Source of the DNA: a virus | Direction: 5' to 3' (one strand) | DNA length: 48,932 nucleotides | Virus record (IMG/VR): IMGVR_UViG_3300048858_000013 | Location: 1 to 48,932 of that record | Shown: positions 27,353 through 38,300 of the stretch, piece after piece | How the letters are laid out: each line of letters begins with the position of its first letter | Position numbering within the stretch: the stretch's first letter is position 1 | Program-made: the position numbers and the translations under genes | The notes under the pieces: model-generated | What the model saw: the letters and a program-made list of their open reading frames with translations, nothing else | Told to the model about the DNA's origin: nothing | Database searches by the model: none

Positions 27353-27401
27353 GGGGAGTCAGGAGCGATCTTGGCTCCCCAAATTTTCTCTGTAATTTTT
27401 T
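27353..27401 (+). terminator. Rho-independent terminator
   Basis: A 9-bp stem (GGGGAGTCA at 27353-27361 paired with TGGCTCCCC at 27372-27380, including one G:U pair) with a 10-nt loop. It is followed by AAATTTTCTCTGTAATTTTTT. Confidence 0.7.
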
Positions 27402-27416
27402 CGGGAAAGCGATCGC

Positions 27417-28004
27417 ATGTATATTGTTGGATTCAACGGTCCGCCTGAGAGCGGCAAGGATTCACTCGCCGAAGGGCTGGCAGGGGTCATCGAGAACCTT
27501 CACAATATTCCAGTCAAGTTCGAGTCGCTCTCGATGCCGCTCCGCAAGATCGCGTATGCAGCGGTGGACTTCAAGGGTGACTTGGATGGACCGGACTACG
27601 CGCGGTTCAAGACGACCGAGTTCTCCGAACTTGGAGTCACAGGTCGGCAACTGATGATCGACGTCAGCGAGAAATTTCTCAAGCCGACCTACGGAATCAG
27701 CGTCATGGCCAAGCTCCTGATCGAACGCAACGCTGAGTTCCACGGCTTGCTTCTGATTCGCGACTGCGGCTTCCAGTGTGAAGTCGATCCGCTGATCCAA
27801 TGGGCCGGCAGCGAGAACTTCTTCATCGCGCGTTGTCACCGACCGACCAAGAACTTCGCTAACGACTCGCGCGAGTACGTCTATCATCATGCGACGCGGC
27901 TGATGGACGATGACTACTACAACGAGTCGACTGAATGGAACTGGAAGACCGTCGAGGCGCAACGAGTCTACGCTCGAATCGTCAATCTAGGTTGGAAGCT
28001 CTAA
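27417..28004 (+). CDS. P-loop kinase, deoxynucleoside-monophosphate-kinase-like
   Basis: The N-terminal IVGFNGPPESGKDSLAE (GxxxSGKD P-loop at the extreme N-terminus) and the ~195-aa size are typical of phage dNMP kinases. Confidence 0.6.
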   Translation: MYIVGFNGPPESGKDSLAEGLAGVIENLHNIPVKFESLSMPLRKIAYAAVDFKGDLDGPDYARFKTTEFSELGVTGRQLMIDVSEKFLKPTYGISVMAKLLIERNAEFHGLLLIRDCGFQCEVDPLIQWAGSENFFIARCHRPTKNFANDSREYVYHHATRLMDDDYYNESTEWNWKTVEAQRVYARIVNLGWKL

Positions 28005-28020
28005 GTCGATCGGTGGATTT

Positions 28021-29343
28021 GTGTCTCAAAAACTATTCGAGACAGAGTATCTCAACGATTACTTGCAGATGGTGGAAGACACTGAGTCACCTCGGGTCTT
28101 CCATATCTGGTCATCGCTTTGGGCAATCTCTGCTGCACTCGGGCGAAGGACTTGGCTGCCATTCGGCACCTTCGATCTGTTCCCCAACCAGTACGTCCTG
28201 ATCGTCGGCAGTCCCGCGAGTCGCAAGTCCACCGCTCTGTCGATGGCTCGCCGACTCCTTAAGGATTCCACCGGCGTACGCTTTGCCCCGGCAGACACCG
28301 GAGGGCAGAGGCAGGGACTCGTCCTTGCTATGCAGGGTTCGGAGGAAGATCACGCGAAGGAGTATCTGGGCGCAGCGGAATTGGGTTCGCGCGAGAATAC
28401 CATTGCGAGTCTAACTGACTTGGCGGATATCACCAATATCCCTGAGACGCCAGAGATGGCCGAAGTCGCAGAGGCAGACAAGCATCACATCGCAGCAGCG
28501 GCCAGCGAGTTCTCGCGATTCATCGGGCAGAACAATCTCTCCATGCTCGACTTCCTAGTGGAGCGTTACGATGGGGAGGACTATGAGTATAAGACTCGGA
28601 CGTCCAACATCGTGATGAAGAAGACGCTGATGAACATGCTGTCAGCTACGACTCCAACCAGTCTCAACCTCTCTTTGCCACCAGCAGCGGGCGGGCAGGG
28701 ATTCCTCTCGCGAATGGTGCTAGTCTATGGGGCGAAGAAGTATAAAGAGATACCGCGTCCCCGCGCACCTGATGCCGGACTCGTTGGGAAGATCAAGGAC
28801 CGACTCAGTGACATCTACTCCAACCATAACGGACCCTTCGACGAGACACCTGACGGGAGAGCCTATTCCGAGGGCTTGTACGGGTATGACATTGGAGTCT
28901 CTGACTCGCGCTTTGCCTACTATGCGGAACGGCGTTATACTCATCTCATCAAACTGGCAATGGTTCTGGCTGCCACACGAGATGGAAGCCTCTGCATTAC
29001 TAGAACAGACTACGAAGAAGCCCACCGAATCCTAGCGGCAACTGAGCTAGGCATGACTGAGGCGCTTGGCGAGTTCGGCATGAATCCGCAGGCCGTCCTC
29101 AAGCAAGAGATTCTGGAACAGCTTCGCGCTGAGCAAGGCCCGCTCTCGATGCAGGCCATCATCGCAATGTTCCACAGAGATGCGTCGAGTCGGGATATCA
29201 GTGAGGTCGTTAATGACCTTATCCGGGTCGGCCAACTCCGAGTCAGCGGGAGTTCTACGGGACAACAGCTGGTCTCCGCGGTGTATACGAAGCAAGACAC
29301 CGAGGATGCTATGATGAAACTGCTTCAAAGGAAAAGAACATGA
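28021..29343 (+). CDS. DUF3987-like P-loop NTPase (putative replicative helicase / primase-associated protein)
   Basis: GTG start with GGTGGA upstream. The N-terminal region FHIWSSLWAISAALGRR followed by LIVGSPASRKST resembles the DUF3987 family. From memory, not searched. Confidence 0.6.
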   Translation: MSQKLFETEYLNDYLQMVEDTESPRVFHIWSSLWAISAALGRRTWLPFGTFDLFPNQYVLIVGSPASRKSTALSMARRLLKDSTGVRFAPADTGGQRQGLVLAMQGSEEDHAKEYLGAAELGSRENTIASLTDLADITNIPETPEMAEVAEADKHHIAAAASEFSRFIGQNNLSMLDFLVERYDGEDYEYKTRTSNIVMKKTLMNMLSATTPTSLNLSLPPAAGGQGFLSRMVLVYGAKKYKEIPRPRAPDAGLVGKIKDRLSDIYSNHNGPFDETPDGRAYSEGLYGYDIGVSDSRFAYYAERRYTHLIKLAMVLAATRDGSLCITRTDYEEAHRILAATELGMTEALGEFGMNPQAVLKQEILEQLRAEQGPLSMQAIIAMFHRDASSRDISEVVNDLIRVGQLRVSGSSTGQQLVSAVYTKQDTEDAMMKLLQRKRT

Positions 29344-29978
29344 CCGACTCGAGCATTGCAGCACTGACCTCCAACGAAGTCGTACCCTTCAACGTCACCA
29401 TCATGGTCGATATCGAGACCCTCGCCAAGTCGCCCAATGCGGTCGTGACTCAGCTGGCTTTCATCGCGGCGCCGTCCGAAGACCTGAACGATATCATCAG
29501 CTATGACTCGTTCTACCTTCCGCTCCAACCTCAGATCAACATGGGCCGTCGCATCGACGCAGACACGATCATCTGGTGGCTGACCCAGGCCGGCGAGTCG
29601 GCACGTGCCAAGTTCATACAGAATCAGGGCGGCGACTACGACGTACTCGTGGCATTCGTTCGCTCGTTCATCCGCAAGGTTGATATGGTGATTCAGCAGG
29701 CTCTGCTCAGCAACGGCACGATCGAGATCATCGCGAAGGGGCCGCAGTTCGATGTGGTCATCATCGAGGATTTGATTCAGATGGTCGGCGAGATCGAGCC
29801 GTGGAAGTACAGCTGGGTCAGCGACCTCCGGACTCTCATGAAGAAAGCCGGCGTCACTCCGAACGACGTAAAGCACGACGATATCGTACCACACGTTGCT
29901 CTGGAGGACTGCCGGCTTCAGCTTCGTCTTCTGGATGAGTCGGAGTTCAGGCTGGGCCTGCGTACCCGCGACGCTTAA
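29340..29978 (+). CDS. DnaQ-like 3'-5' exonuclease (Rv2179c-like family)
   Basis: VDIETLAKSP (DxE), AKGPQFDVVIIEDL and PHVALEDC (H-x4-D). The ATG overlaps the previous stop (ATGA). Confidence 0.75.
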   Translation: MTDSSIAALTSNEVVPFNVTIMVDIETLAKSPNAVVTQLAFIAAPSEDLNDIISYDSFYLPLQPQINMGRRIDADTIIWWLTQAGESARAKFIQNQGGDYDVLVAFVRSFIRKVDMVIQQALLSNGTIEIIAKGPQFDVVIIEDLIQMVGEIEPWKYSWVSDLRTLMKKAGVTPNDVKHDDIVPHVALEDCRLQLRLLDESEFRLGLRTRDA

Positions 29979-32900
29979 CTACATTCCAAAGGGGGACTCC
30001 GGGTCTTCCATTGGAATCTGAGTCCCTTCAGAACCCTGCTGGTCGTAGTAATCGTCCAGCAGGGTTTTTGTTTGCCCCATGATGGCGTTCATGTCATCGT
30101 CCGAGTACGTCTCGTTCGCGTCGATGCTGACTCCCATGTCCATCATGCGCTGCGCCCGATCGAAGTAAGCCGGGTTCTTCAGGAGCTTTTCGAGTTGGCG
30201 TTCCGCGCGAGTCGTGGTTGCCGCCTCATAGTTCTCCTTCATCCAACGCTTGAAGTGCTTCGGATCACCGCCGTTGTTGAGGTACGACTCGAAGATTGTC
30301 GGCAGCTTTCCGAAGTTTCCTTCCCGCATCGCAGCCCGAGTCGAGGTACGAAGCCTGTCGTCGAGCGCGGACTTATGCTCCATCGCGTTCTTGTCAGAGT
30401 AGTAAGCCTCCAACTCCTGCGCTTGCCGCTGCGATCGCAAGCCGAGTCCACGATAGACCTGCTCCATCCAGCCCCGGCTCTCCGAGACAACCTGCCCATA
30501 CGAGTCAGTGTCAAGGCCACCGGCCCCAAACTGTTCGATGAGTCCTGAGATCGGCCGATTCGCCAGTGTGTTCGAGAGAACCTCAGCGACTTGAGTAGCC
30601 GTGAGATTCGGGTTATCGCCAAGGAAGAGTCCGAGTGCGGCAGACACGCCCTCATAGAGCTTGCTGGCGACAGCCATACCTGGCAACTGTTGAGTCCCGA
30701 CTCCAGGAACCCGGACGCTCGTGTCACCGCGCGACGAGAAGTCAACCGCCGACCCACCGAACAGTGCAGGGATTTGGCCTAGGAGTCCATGGCCGAGGAA
30801 GCCACCAGCGGGATGCTCATCTGCCCCCGACACCGCCTCCACTGTACCCATAAGCTCCTTGTAGCCTGCGAGTCCAGTGATGCCAAAGAGCGCTGACTGC
30901 GTGGCGTATTGTGTAGCGAAAGCTCGTGCATCCTTCGTCTCGATATACCTGAAGAGTCGCTGATAGTAGTTCTGCACGAACGACTGGAAGAGGCCCAACG
31001 GAGCACCGAGCGCGCCTTGGAAAACCTCCGGCCGATTCGCGGGGTTATAGTTGGCGATCATCTTGTTGGCCATATCATGCGCGAACGCGTGACGGGTTTC
31101 CATACCCTCGATCTTGAGGATATCAGCCAGCTCGAGTCCAACCATGTGGCCCCAGCTACGGCTCAGGTCTTCCGACCGATCGGACAGGATCGAGAGATGA
31201 TCGACCATCTTGCCCATCCACTCGCGACTCGCGCCGGGAGTATTGATCGCGCCGAACTGCTTCTGGAACTCCGCGACTTCCTGCGAGAGATAGCCGCGCT
31301 TCATCATGAAGTCATAGTCCGGATGGCTCTTGCGACTCCATGCACGCTGCAACGAGCGCTTGCCGATCTTGGCCATGTCCGCGATTCCGATAGCCCGGCC
31401 ATCATCCAGCTTGAAGATGGTAGCCGAGTGACCGATCCGCGCCGCGTAGTCGGCCGTCGACTCGCCGATCGAAGGCTGGAAGTGCCGAATCACGGATGGC
31501 ATGGCGTTGATGATGCCCGCCATATTCATGATCGGCTGACCGATTTCCATGATTCGCAACATCATCGCCGCAGAGAAGCGATTGACTCCGCTGGTGATCT
31601 TGGCCGTGGTCATGGGATCGACGCCCGCGAACTTACGTGCAGTCATCTCCTGCGCGCTCGCGAATGGCATGTAGTCGCCGAGCTTTTCCGAAAGCGCGTT
31701 GAAGTCTTTGACTCCCTGCTCAGTCTCCTTGCCGGTGAAGTTGCCCCAGCGTTCGCGGAACCAGCGATTCGTCATATCCCAGACGACTGCGCCGTTGTTG
31801 CTCGCGCCCTCCAGCACCTTGTCGATTGCCTTCTCCGCACCCTTGAAGACTGGACCGACCAAGCTGCTTGGATTCGTCAGCTTGTCCTGACCCAGCAGGT
31901 TCTCCAGATAGTAGTCATGCACCGAACGGAATCGCTCAGCCTTTCCGCCAGCGTCCCGGACTACAGACGTGCTGATGGCGGCGCGCGCCTTGGCTCCGTC
32001 GATCTGCTCGCGCAGCAGGACTTGCATGATATCGTTGCCATGATTCAGGTACTGATCCTGCAAGTATCGCAGCGAGTTCTGAAAAGCATCGGTCTTGACC
32101 TCGCGCCCGACCAACGCACCGCGGGCTTTCTTACCCGGCTGAATCGCAGTGATGTTAGGGTCGAACATCTCCATATCCGCACGATCCCAGATGGTAGTGA
32201 ACTTGCGGATATCGTCCTGAGTCCGAGTCACATAGCCCATGCCGTTGCCGGGCAGTTCCTTGATGCGCGACTCCAACTGCTTCATAGCAATCTCGAAGCC
32301 AGCCTGCGTATCCTCGACGACGCTGAATCCGGGAACGGTCTTGCCATCCGGGCCAACGACGAACGCGATGTGCTTGCCTTGCACGTCTGGACTCGGAACG
32401 AAGTGGTTCTGCAGATTGATTTGGCTGCGAGCCTGCGAACTCAGGAGCGAGTTCTTCTCCCGAATCAGCTGCTCAGTGACGGCCCCGTACCGCTCTTGAA
32501 TATCCTTTGCGAGATCATCGAGGACGATCGGACGGCCCTCGTAGGACTGGAGAATCGGACCGACTCCCTCCTTCGTGACCGGCATCTCCTTGCCATAGAC
32601 GGCTTTCCACCGCTCGCGATTCCCTTCGGTATCACCCAGCCGAGTCGCCCAGAAGCCATCCTCCGTCTTGACGAACTCCTTCTCCACATCCCAGCCAGAA
32701 CGCAGCGAGTGGTACTGATCGAGCAAAAGCTTGCTGCTCTGATTCCGCCCGTTGTTCAACACCTTTAGAGTATCGCCGAACGCAGTCTCGATGGTCGTGC
32801 GCATGTTGTCCCGAGTGATTCGGGACACGGTATCACGCAGACGGATGGCCGCCAGCAGACCGGGCGTATCTCGGGCGATGTGTTCCGAGGTCTTCACAGT

Positions 32901-35378
32901 CCGACTCAAAGCGCCAGGCCCAGTACCCGGCATCGAGCCGAAGACCGAACCCTGAATCTGCAAGTCGTTGAGCATATCCGGCCGCGAGACCAACTCGAAG
33001 TCAGCGGAGTTGATGATCGACTCGGTGATACCCTTCGTCATCGGAGCGTTGGGATTCGCAGTCAGCACGTTGACGGTGCGGGCCTTGCGATTCGCCATCC
33101 GTTCTGCGACGTGATCCACGCTCCACTGCTCGGGGCTGAACTTGCGGAACATGCCAACCAGAGGCTTTAGAGTCTCGCCATTCTCGCCCTTGCCGAACTT
33201 GAAGGCGTTGCCCATCAGACTCTTGACGTCGTTCGCGGTCGCATCAACCACGTCGTCAATCCGGCGGAACTGCGCGATTCCTTCCTTGAGGTCCTGCGGA
33301 GTCAGAGTACGAAGCGTCGCCTCATCGACCTCGCCCATACCACGCAGCAGCATATCGACTGGCGATTGCTCGGAGCCGCTGAGTCCACGCTCGTAAGCCG
33401 AGAGCTTCGGGAGGTTGAACCGGATGCGCGCCTGCGACAGCTGAGCCGAGTAGCTGAGTCCCTTCTCGTTCGCCTTCATTGCCTTATGCAGATCAAGCGC
33501 GCCGAGTTGTTTGATGCTCTTGGCCTTCTGGACGAAGCTCTCAACCTGAGCCGACTCGCGAGTCATCTTGCCGGGGTAGACGATTTCTGCGTTGGCGTTG
33601 CGGCGCATCATCTCTTCGGCTACGTCCAGCTGGAACCACGTGGGCTTAGCCGGCAGTGCGATTCGAATGGTGTCCTGCCCCAGCGAGTCAATCATCTTGT
33701 CGGCCAGATGCCAGCCCCGCATGACGTCGAACAAGTCAGCCTTCTCCAGCGACTTGCCGCCGGGCAAGGTGAGCGAGAGGTTCGAGTCAAGCGTGACGCC
33801 ACCGCCCTTGACGGGAGACTTGGTTTCGAGGAAGACCGAGGCACCCGGAGTCTTAGAGTCCTGACGCTTAACGATAATCTCAGGCTCGACCCACTTGCTG
33901 ATCGACTCGCCTTCGCTGAGCGGCATCCATTCGCCGTCGACCGAGACCATTGGAGTCAGCTCTTGCTCATACCGCAGGCGCTTGGCCAGACTCTGGGCGG
34001 TCTCGAACTCAACCTTCTGTTTCGGAGTCAGACCCTTCGCAGCCTGCTTCTCCATCAGGTCTTGGATTTTCGTTTCTGTTTCTTCAAGGTACGACCCGAC
34101 GCGGTCGAAATGGGCGTCGGTGATATCCCGGACTCCGATGTTATCGGGAACGCCACCGAGCATCTCTGCGTTCTGGAGTGCAAAAGGATCGCGGTCGAGC
34201 AACTGCCTCGTATGATTCCAATAGGGCTGGGCCGTTTGATTAAACCGCGTTTGTCCATTCGTCGAAATCCCCTTGGAGGTAACGCGATTCAGATCGGTCG
34301 TCATCTGCGAACCGAGTTCATTCGCCAGCTTGTTGCGCTGAGCGGCGAGGACTTGCGGGTTATCCGTCGAGCTAAGTCCAGTCGGGCTCTCACGCAGCTT
34401 CGAGATGTTGACGTTGAGGTCGCTGATTCGGTCAGTGATCGAGCCCGCAAGCCAATCGCCCGGATTGAGTTCACCCTTCCCGCCCAAGCTCGTGGCCAGA
34501 CCCTTCCATCCGAGTCGGCCAGCACCCACGCCCTCGGGGTCCAGAGCATCAGCGGTAGCCCGCCGCATTAAGTCGGAGTTGGCAAACTTCCGAGCCTTGT
34601 AGCCGATCGAGAACGCCTGAATCCCGCCGCCAATACCGAGGCCCATCGCGCCAAACGCGAGGTTGTAAGCCATCGACTCGTCGTAGAGGAACCCGTTCTG
34701 GTTGAGCCCGAGAGCCATCACCGCTTCGGTCGCCGCAGCATCACGCACGCCTGCGAGTCCGGCAAAGCCCTTGGCCTTCCAGAGTTCCTTGGAGCGCGCG
34801 AACGCCGTGGGCATGATGGGGCCTGCCGCGCTCGTGAGTAGAGTCGCCTCGGTACGAGCCATAGCCGTTCCCGAGATACCGCGACTGGCAGCTACCCGAG
34901 TCAGAGCGTTCACAGTCTCGAGCGCAGCGCCGGCTTCGCGATCCAGCACTGCGATCCTGCGCAGGTACGGAGTCGAACGCATGGCACCCATAAAGGCGCT
35001 TGCAGGCGCGGTGAACCGCCGGGCGATCAGCTCTGCGCCCACCACACCCGCGATTCCGGAGGCAACCTCCAGCCCGCCCTTATTCTGCTCGTACCACTTG
35101 GCGACGCCGGGACTCCCAGCGAATGCCACAGCCGCATGATTCAGGTCTTCGCGGTTCCAGTCAGTTGCGCTGCTGAAGCCCGGCAGACTCGAGCCAACCG
35201 TATCGACCAGATCGACTGCGCCGCCAATGGCATAGCCGAGCACCTGAGTCAGAGGGTTGTAGCTCTCAGTCTGCATGACTCCGGCTACGGCCTGATCGGC
35301 CCCAATCGAAACCGTACCAGTCCGATCCTCGTCTGTGCCGAAGACTTCGAGTCCATCACCTGCATATGGCATTATCAA
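29979..35378 (-). CDS. Giant internal virion / ejection protein, 1799 aa
   Basis: Last gene of the leftward block. Its N-terminal 300 aa carry G/A-rich hydrophobic segments (GIAGVVGAELIA, AFGAMGLGIGGGIQAF), and the rest is long and largely helical. The position after an SLT-bearing internal protein parallels the T7 gp15/gp16 and P22 ejection proteins. Confidence 0.8.
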   Translation of the reverse strand: MIMPYAGDGLEVFGTDEDRTGTVSIGADQAVAGVMQTESYNPLTQVLGYAIGGAVDLVDTVGSSLPGFSSATDWNREDLNHAAVAFAGSPGVAKWYEQNKGGLEVASGIAGVVGAELIARRFTAPASAFMGAMRSTPYLRRIAVLDREAGAALETVNALTRVAASRGISGTAMARTEATLLTSAAGPIMPTAFARSKELWKAKGFAGLAGVRDAAATEAVMALGLNQNGFLYDESMAYNLAFGAMGLGIGGGIQAFSIGYKARKFANSDLMRRATADALDPEGVGAGRLGWKGLATSLGGKGELNPGDWLAGSITDRISDLNVNISKLRESPTGLSSTDNPQVLAAQRNKLANELGSQMTTDLNRVTSKGISTNGQTRFNQTAQPYWNHTRQLLDRDPFALQNAEMLGGVPDNIGVRDITDAHFDRVGSYLEETETKIQDLMEKQAAKGLTPKQKVEFETAQSLAKRLRYEQELTPMVSVDGEWMPLSEGESISKWVEPEIIVKRQDSKTPGASVFLETKSPVKGGGVTLDSNLSLTLPGGKSLEKADLFDVMRGWHLADKMIDSLGQDTIRIALPAKPTWFQLDVAEEMMRRNANAEIVYPGKMTRESAQVESFVQKAKSIKQLGALDLHKAMKANEKGLSYSAQLSQARIRFNLPKLSAYERGLSGSEQSPVDMLLRGMGEVDEATLRTLTPQDLKEGIAQFRRIDDVVDATANDVKSLMGNAFKFGKGENGETLKPLVGMFRKFSPEQWSVDHVAERMANRKARTVNVLTANPNAPMTKGITESIINSADFELVSRPDMLNDLQIQGSVFGSMPGTGPGALSRTVKTSEHIARDTPGLLAAIRLRDTVSRITRDNMRTTIETAFGDTLKVLNNGRNQSSKLLLDQYHSLRSGWDVEKEFVKTEDGFWATRLGDTEGNRERWKAVYGKEMPVTKEGVGPILQSYEGRPIVLDDLAKDIQERYGAVTEQLIREKNSLLSSQARSQINLQNHFVPSPDVQGKHIAFVVGPDGKTVPGFSVVEDTQAGFEIAMKQLESRIKELPGNGMGYVTRTQDDIRKFTTIWDRADMEMFDPNITAIQPGKKARGALVGREVKTDAFQNSLRYLQDQYLNHGNDIMQVLLREQIDGAKARAAISTSVVRDAGGKAERFRSVHDYYLENLLGQDKLTNPSSLVGPVFKGAEKAIDKVLEGASNNGAVVWDMTNRWFRERWGNFTGKETEQGVKDFNALSEKLGDYMPFASAQEMTARKFAGVDPMTTAKITSGVNRFSAAMMLRIMEIGQPIMNMAGIINAMPSVIRHFQPSIGESTADYAARIGHSATIFKLDDGRAIGIADMAKIGKRSLQRAWSRKSHPDYDFMMKRGYLSQEVAEFQKQFGAINTPGASREWMGKMVDHLSILSDRSEDLSRSWGHMVGLELADILKIEGMETRHAFAHDMANKMIANYNPANRPEVFQGALGAPLGLFQSFVQNYYQRLFRYIETKDARAFATQYATQSALFGITGLAGYKELMGTVEAVSGADEHPAGGFLGHGLLGQIPALFGGSAVDFSSRGDTSVRVPGVGTQQLPGMAVASKLYEGVSAALGLFLGDNPNLTATQVAEVLSNTLANRPISGLIEQFGAGGLDTDSYGQVVSESRGWMEQVYRGLGLRSQRQAQELEAYYSDKNAMEHKSALDDRLRTSTRAAMREGNFGKLPTIFESYLNNGGDPKHFKRWMKENYEAATTTRAERQLEKLLKNPAYFDRAQRMMDMGVSIDANETYSDDDMNAIMGQTKTLLDDYYDQQGSEGTQIPMEDPESPFGM

Positions 35379-38300
35379 TTACCTCCGAACCACGAGGAGT
35401 TTGCGAGCTTCTCGGTCGACTCATGGAAAAGACTCCAGTCCTTAGCGACCTTCTTGCGAAGTGCCTCAGCGCGGGGGTCTTCGAACTTACCGTTGAGGAT
35501 GGTGGACTCGATTGCCTTCCAGCCAGCCCGGCCAGTCTGCGAGTCCGCTTGCCCCATCGTTTGGCTGCGGTTGATAGAATCGAGGATGCCAACTCCTGTC
35601 GACTCAGCAGGGATAGCAGCCTTGACGGCTCCAAGCAGATGGGCCTCGTCTGCATCCGTGAGTCCAGGGATTGCCTTAACCATGAATGCGAACCGAGCCA
35701 TCGGCTGATTCCGCAGAGCTTCACCCTTGACTGCGACGGACTTGGCAGTCTGCGCGCGATAGGTTACGAACGATTGATTCGCCCGCTTCACCAAGTTCTG
35801 GACCTCGTTGCCGAACCCGCCGGAAGCCGCTGCACTCGCAACGAATCCGCCCATCGTTCCGCGCTCTTCGATCAGCCCCTGATTCTTGGTGCCTTCGTAG
35901 AACTCGGGACGATTCATCAGGTCCTTCAACATGGTCGAGGGCGCGGCAGGCATGTTGTCCGTGCGATACGAGTCGAGGATCTGGAACGTCGATTGCATCT
36001 GCCCAGCCTTGAGAGCCTCGCCCAGCATACCGAAGTTCTTCTTGTCGTCCGGGAGTCCCTTGACCAAGCCCTGCCAAGTTGCACCCTTTTCACCCTCGCG
36101 AAGAATCTGCTTCACCACCTTGGGATCGTTGAGTCCAAGGTACTGAGCGGCGACCGAATAGCCGCGCTCATCACCCTGCTGAATGGCCGTGCTCATAGCC
36201 TCCTGACTCACCAGCGAGAACGGGTGAACCTTGCCGTTGACCTTGACCGCGCGAGCCGTGACAGGTGCATCGACCAGAGTCTTCGTCAGCATTTCGGAGT
36301 TGAACACGCCGCCCAGCCGTCCAGCAATCTGCTGAATCAGAGCATTGTCGCGATCCCCAGCCGTACCCTTGAGCGCGTCCTCACCAGTCTGCTTTGCATC
36401 CCATGCCTGAGTCGCAGCACGAACGGTCTGGAACACCTTGGCCGCGGTGCCTTGGAACTTCATGCCAGCTGGCGCACCATTGCGCGCCATATAGACGAGT
36501 CCGCGCATAGCAGCACCCGGTTCCACCTGAGTCCCCTGCGCCCACGAAATACCGATAGCTTTGAGGTCAGCGTTTCCGCCAGCCCAGCGAGTCGTCATCT
36601 CATCAACCAGCTTATCGCGGCGCTCGGTCATCTGCTGCAACTCGGGCATGGTCGCAGCAACCAACTGGCGTGCCGCCTCATCCTGCCCACTCGCAGCGAG
36701 TTGCTTGATCTGCTGACTCACCTGAATGATCCGGTTAGTCTGCATCTTGAACTCGTTTTGGAACTGGTCCGGAACTGTGCCAAACATCGACCCGAGTCGG
36801 AGGGCATAACCATGCGTCGTGCCGGTGAAGTTGTTGACCGTCGAAGCCCACTGACCGCCAGCGGTCGCCATGATCGAGTCTTGCGCCTGACCCTGACTGA
36901 CTTCGCGCAGCTGCTGAGCACGAGCGCCAAGCTTCACCACGTCGAACTGGACTCCGTCGATGATACCTCCATTGTCGATACCCTCGCGAACCTGATCCAG
37001 ATTCAGAGTCTTGAGTACCTTCTCCTGCGCGGTGTCGACGAGAGCTTGGTTCTGCTGCATGAGTCCGAGCTTCAAGGCACCCATATGGTAACCCTGTTCC
37101 TGCCTACGACTCTGCTCTTCAAGAAGCATCTGCTTTCCGATTGGCATACCCTGCACTTCGACGATTCCATTATCGGAAGCATCAGCCTGCATCAGCATCT
37201 CGTTGATCTGGCCGGTCGAAGCCGTCGAGAGCAGATTGCCGCGCTGCTGAGTCTGAGCCGCAAGCAATGCCGAGTCAGTCTTGAACGGAGTCATCTCCGC
37301 GTCGAGCAGAGCGCCGCCCATCTCGTAGGACTGGATCGCGAGTCGCACGTCCTCACCGAGATTGCCCAGCTGCGCGTTGTAGAGCACGTTCTGGTCAGCG
37401 TTCTTGGCGGTCGCGAGTCCGATCAGGTTCTCGTGCAGCTTGTTCTGGTGCGTGTATTCCTCGTCGAGCAGACTCAGGTCCGCCTTCAAGAGGTTGTCGC
37501 GAGACTCCAGAGCATCCGAGTTCCAGTCCGGGTCGATGACTCCCTTGACCATAGCGACGAACGGATTCGAGCCGGCCACTTCCTTGCGACGCTCAAGAAT
37601 CTGCTTCCGCTGCTGAAAGATCGGAGTCGCAGCATTGATCAGCGCGTTCGTCGTCTCTTCGCCATGCTCGTAAAGCTTCTTCTTCGCAGCGACAGTCGAG
37701 TCGATCTGCTGCAACTGGTCCTTGCGGATCGCCTGGCTCTCGGTGGTGGCCTGCGCAAGGATGGCGTCAGCGAGGGACGCACGACTCTGCACGCGATCAA
37801 CCGCCTTGACCGCGCCTGCGGTGTCGAATGGGTTTCCGACTCCCTGATAGGGCTGACCGAGCGCCGCCTTCTCACCGGGCGTAGCTTGGACCTTAGTGAT
37901 ATCCTCGACTTCAACGGGAGTCGGCATGCTGCCAGCCATTCCACTTGCTCCTTTACCCATGCCGACATACTTGCGGCCGACAGGCCCGAGTCCTTGCGCG
38001 AAGTTTGCGCGTCCGTATTGCTTGAGAGCCCGATCGACTCGGCCTTCGCCAGAGTGATAAGCCCCGAGTGCAAGCTGCTCATCGCCGCCGTACTTCTGGA
38101 GCAGATCGCCCATATGCAGATCGCCAAGCTGCAAATTATAATCATCGTTGTTCAGCAGCTTCCCCTGACTCCAAGGGATACCATGCTTCTGAGCCGTCCG
38201 CTTGGCAGTAGCGATCTGAATCTGGCTGATGCCCCACGCCTTCTCAGAGTCCTTAGGCGTAGAGCCATCCGGATATCGACCCACGAGAGGCTTGCCCTGT

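Noticed and set aside
12860-30438. The cyanobacterial HIP1 palindrome GCGATCGC, seen at least six times (12860, 13845, 22034, 25277, 27409, 30431) against about 1 expected. This could hint at a cyanobacterial host.
   Set aside because: Six copies is far below the roughly one per kb typical of HIP1-rich cyanobacteria. GATC/CGATCG-containing words look generally common here, so the excess may be a composition effect. It is too weak for a host call without a proper k-mer analysis.
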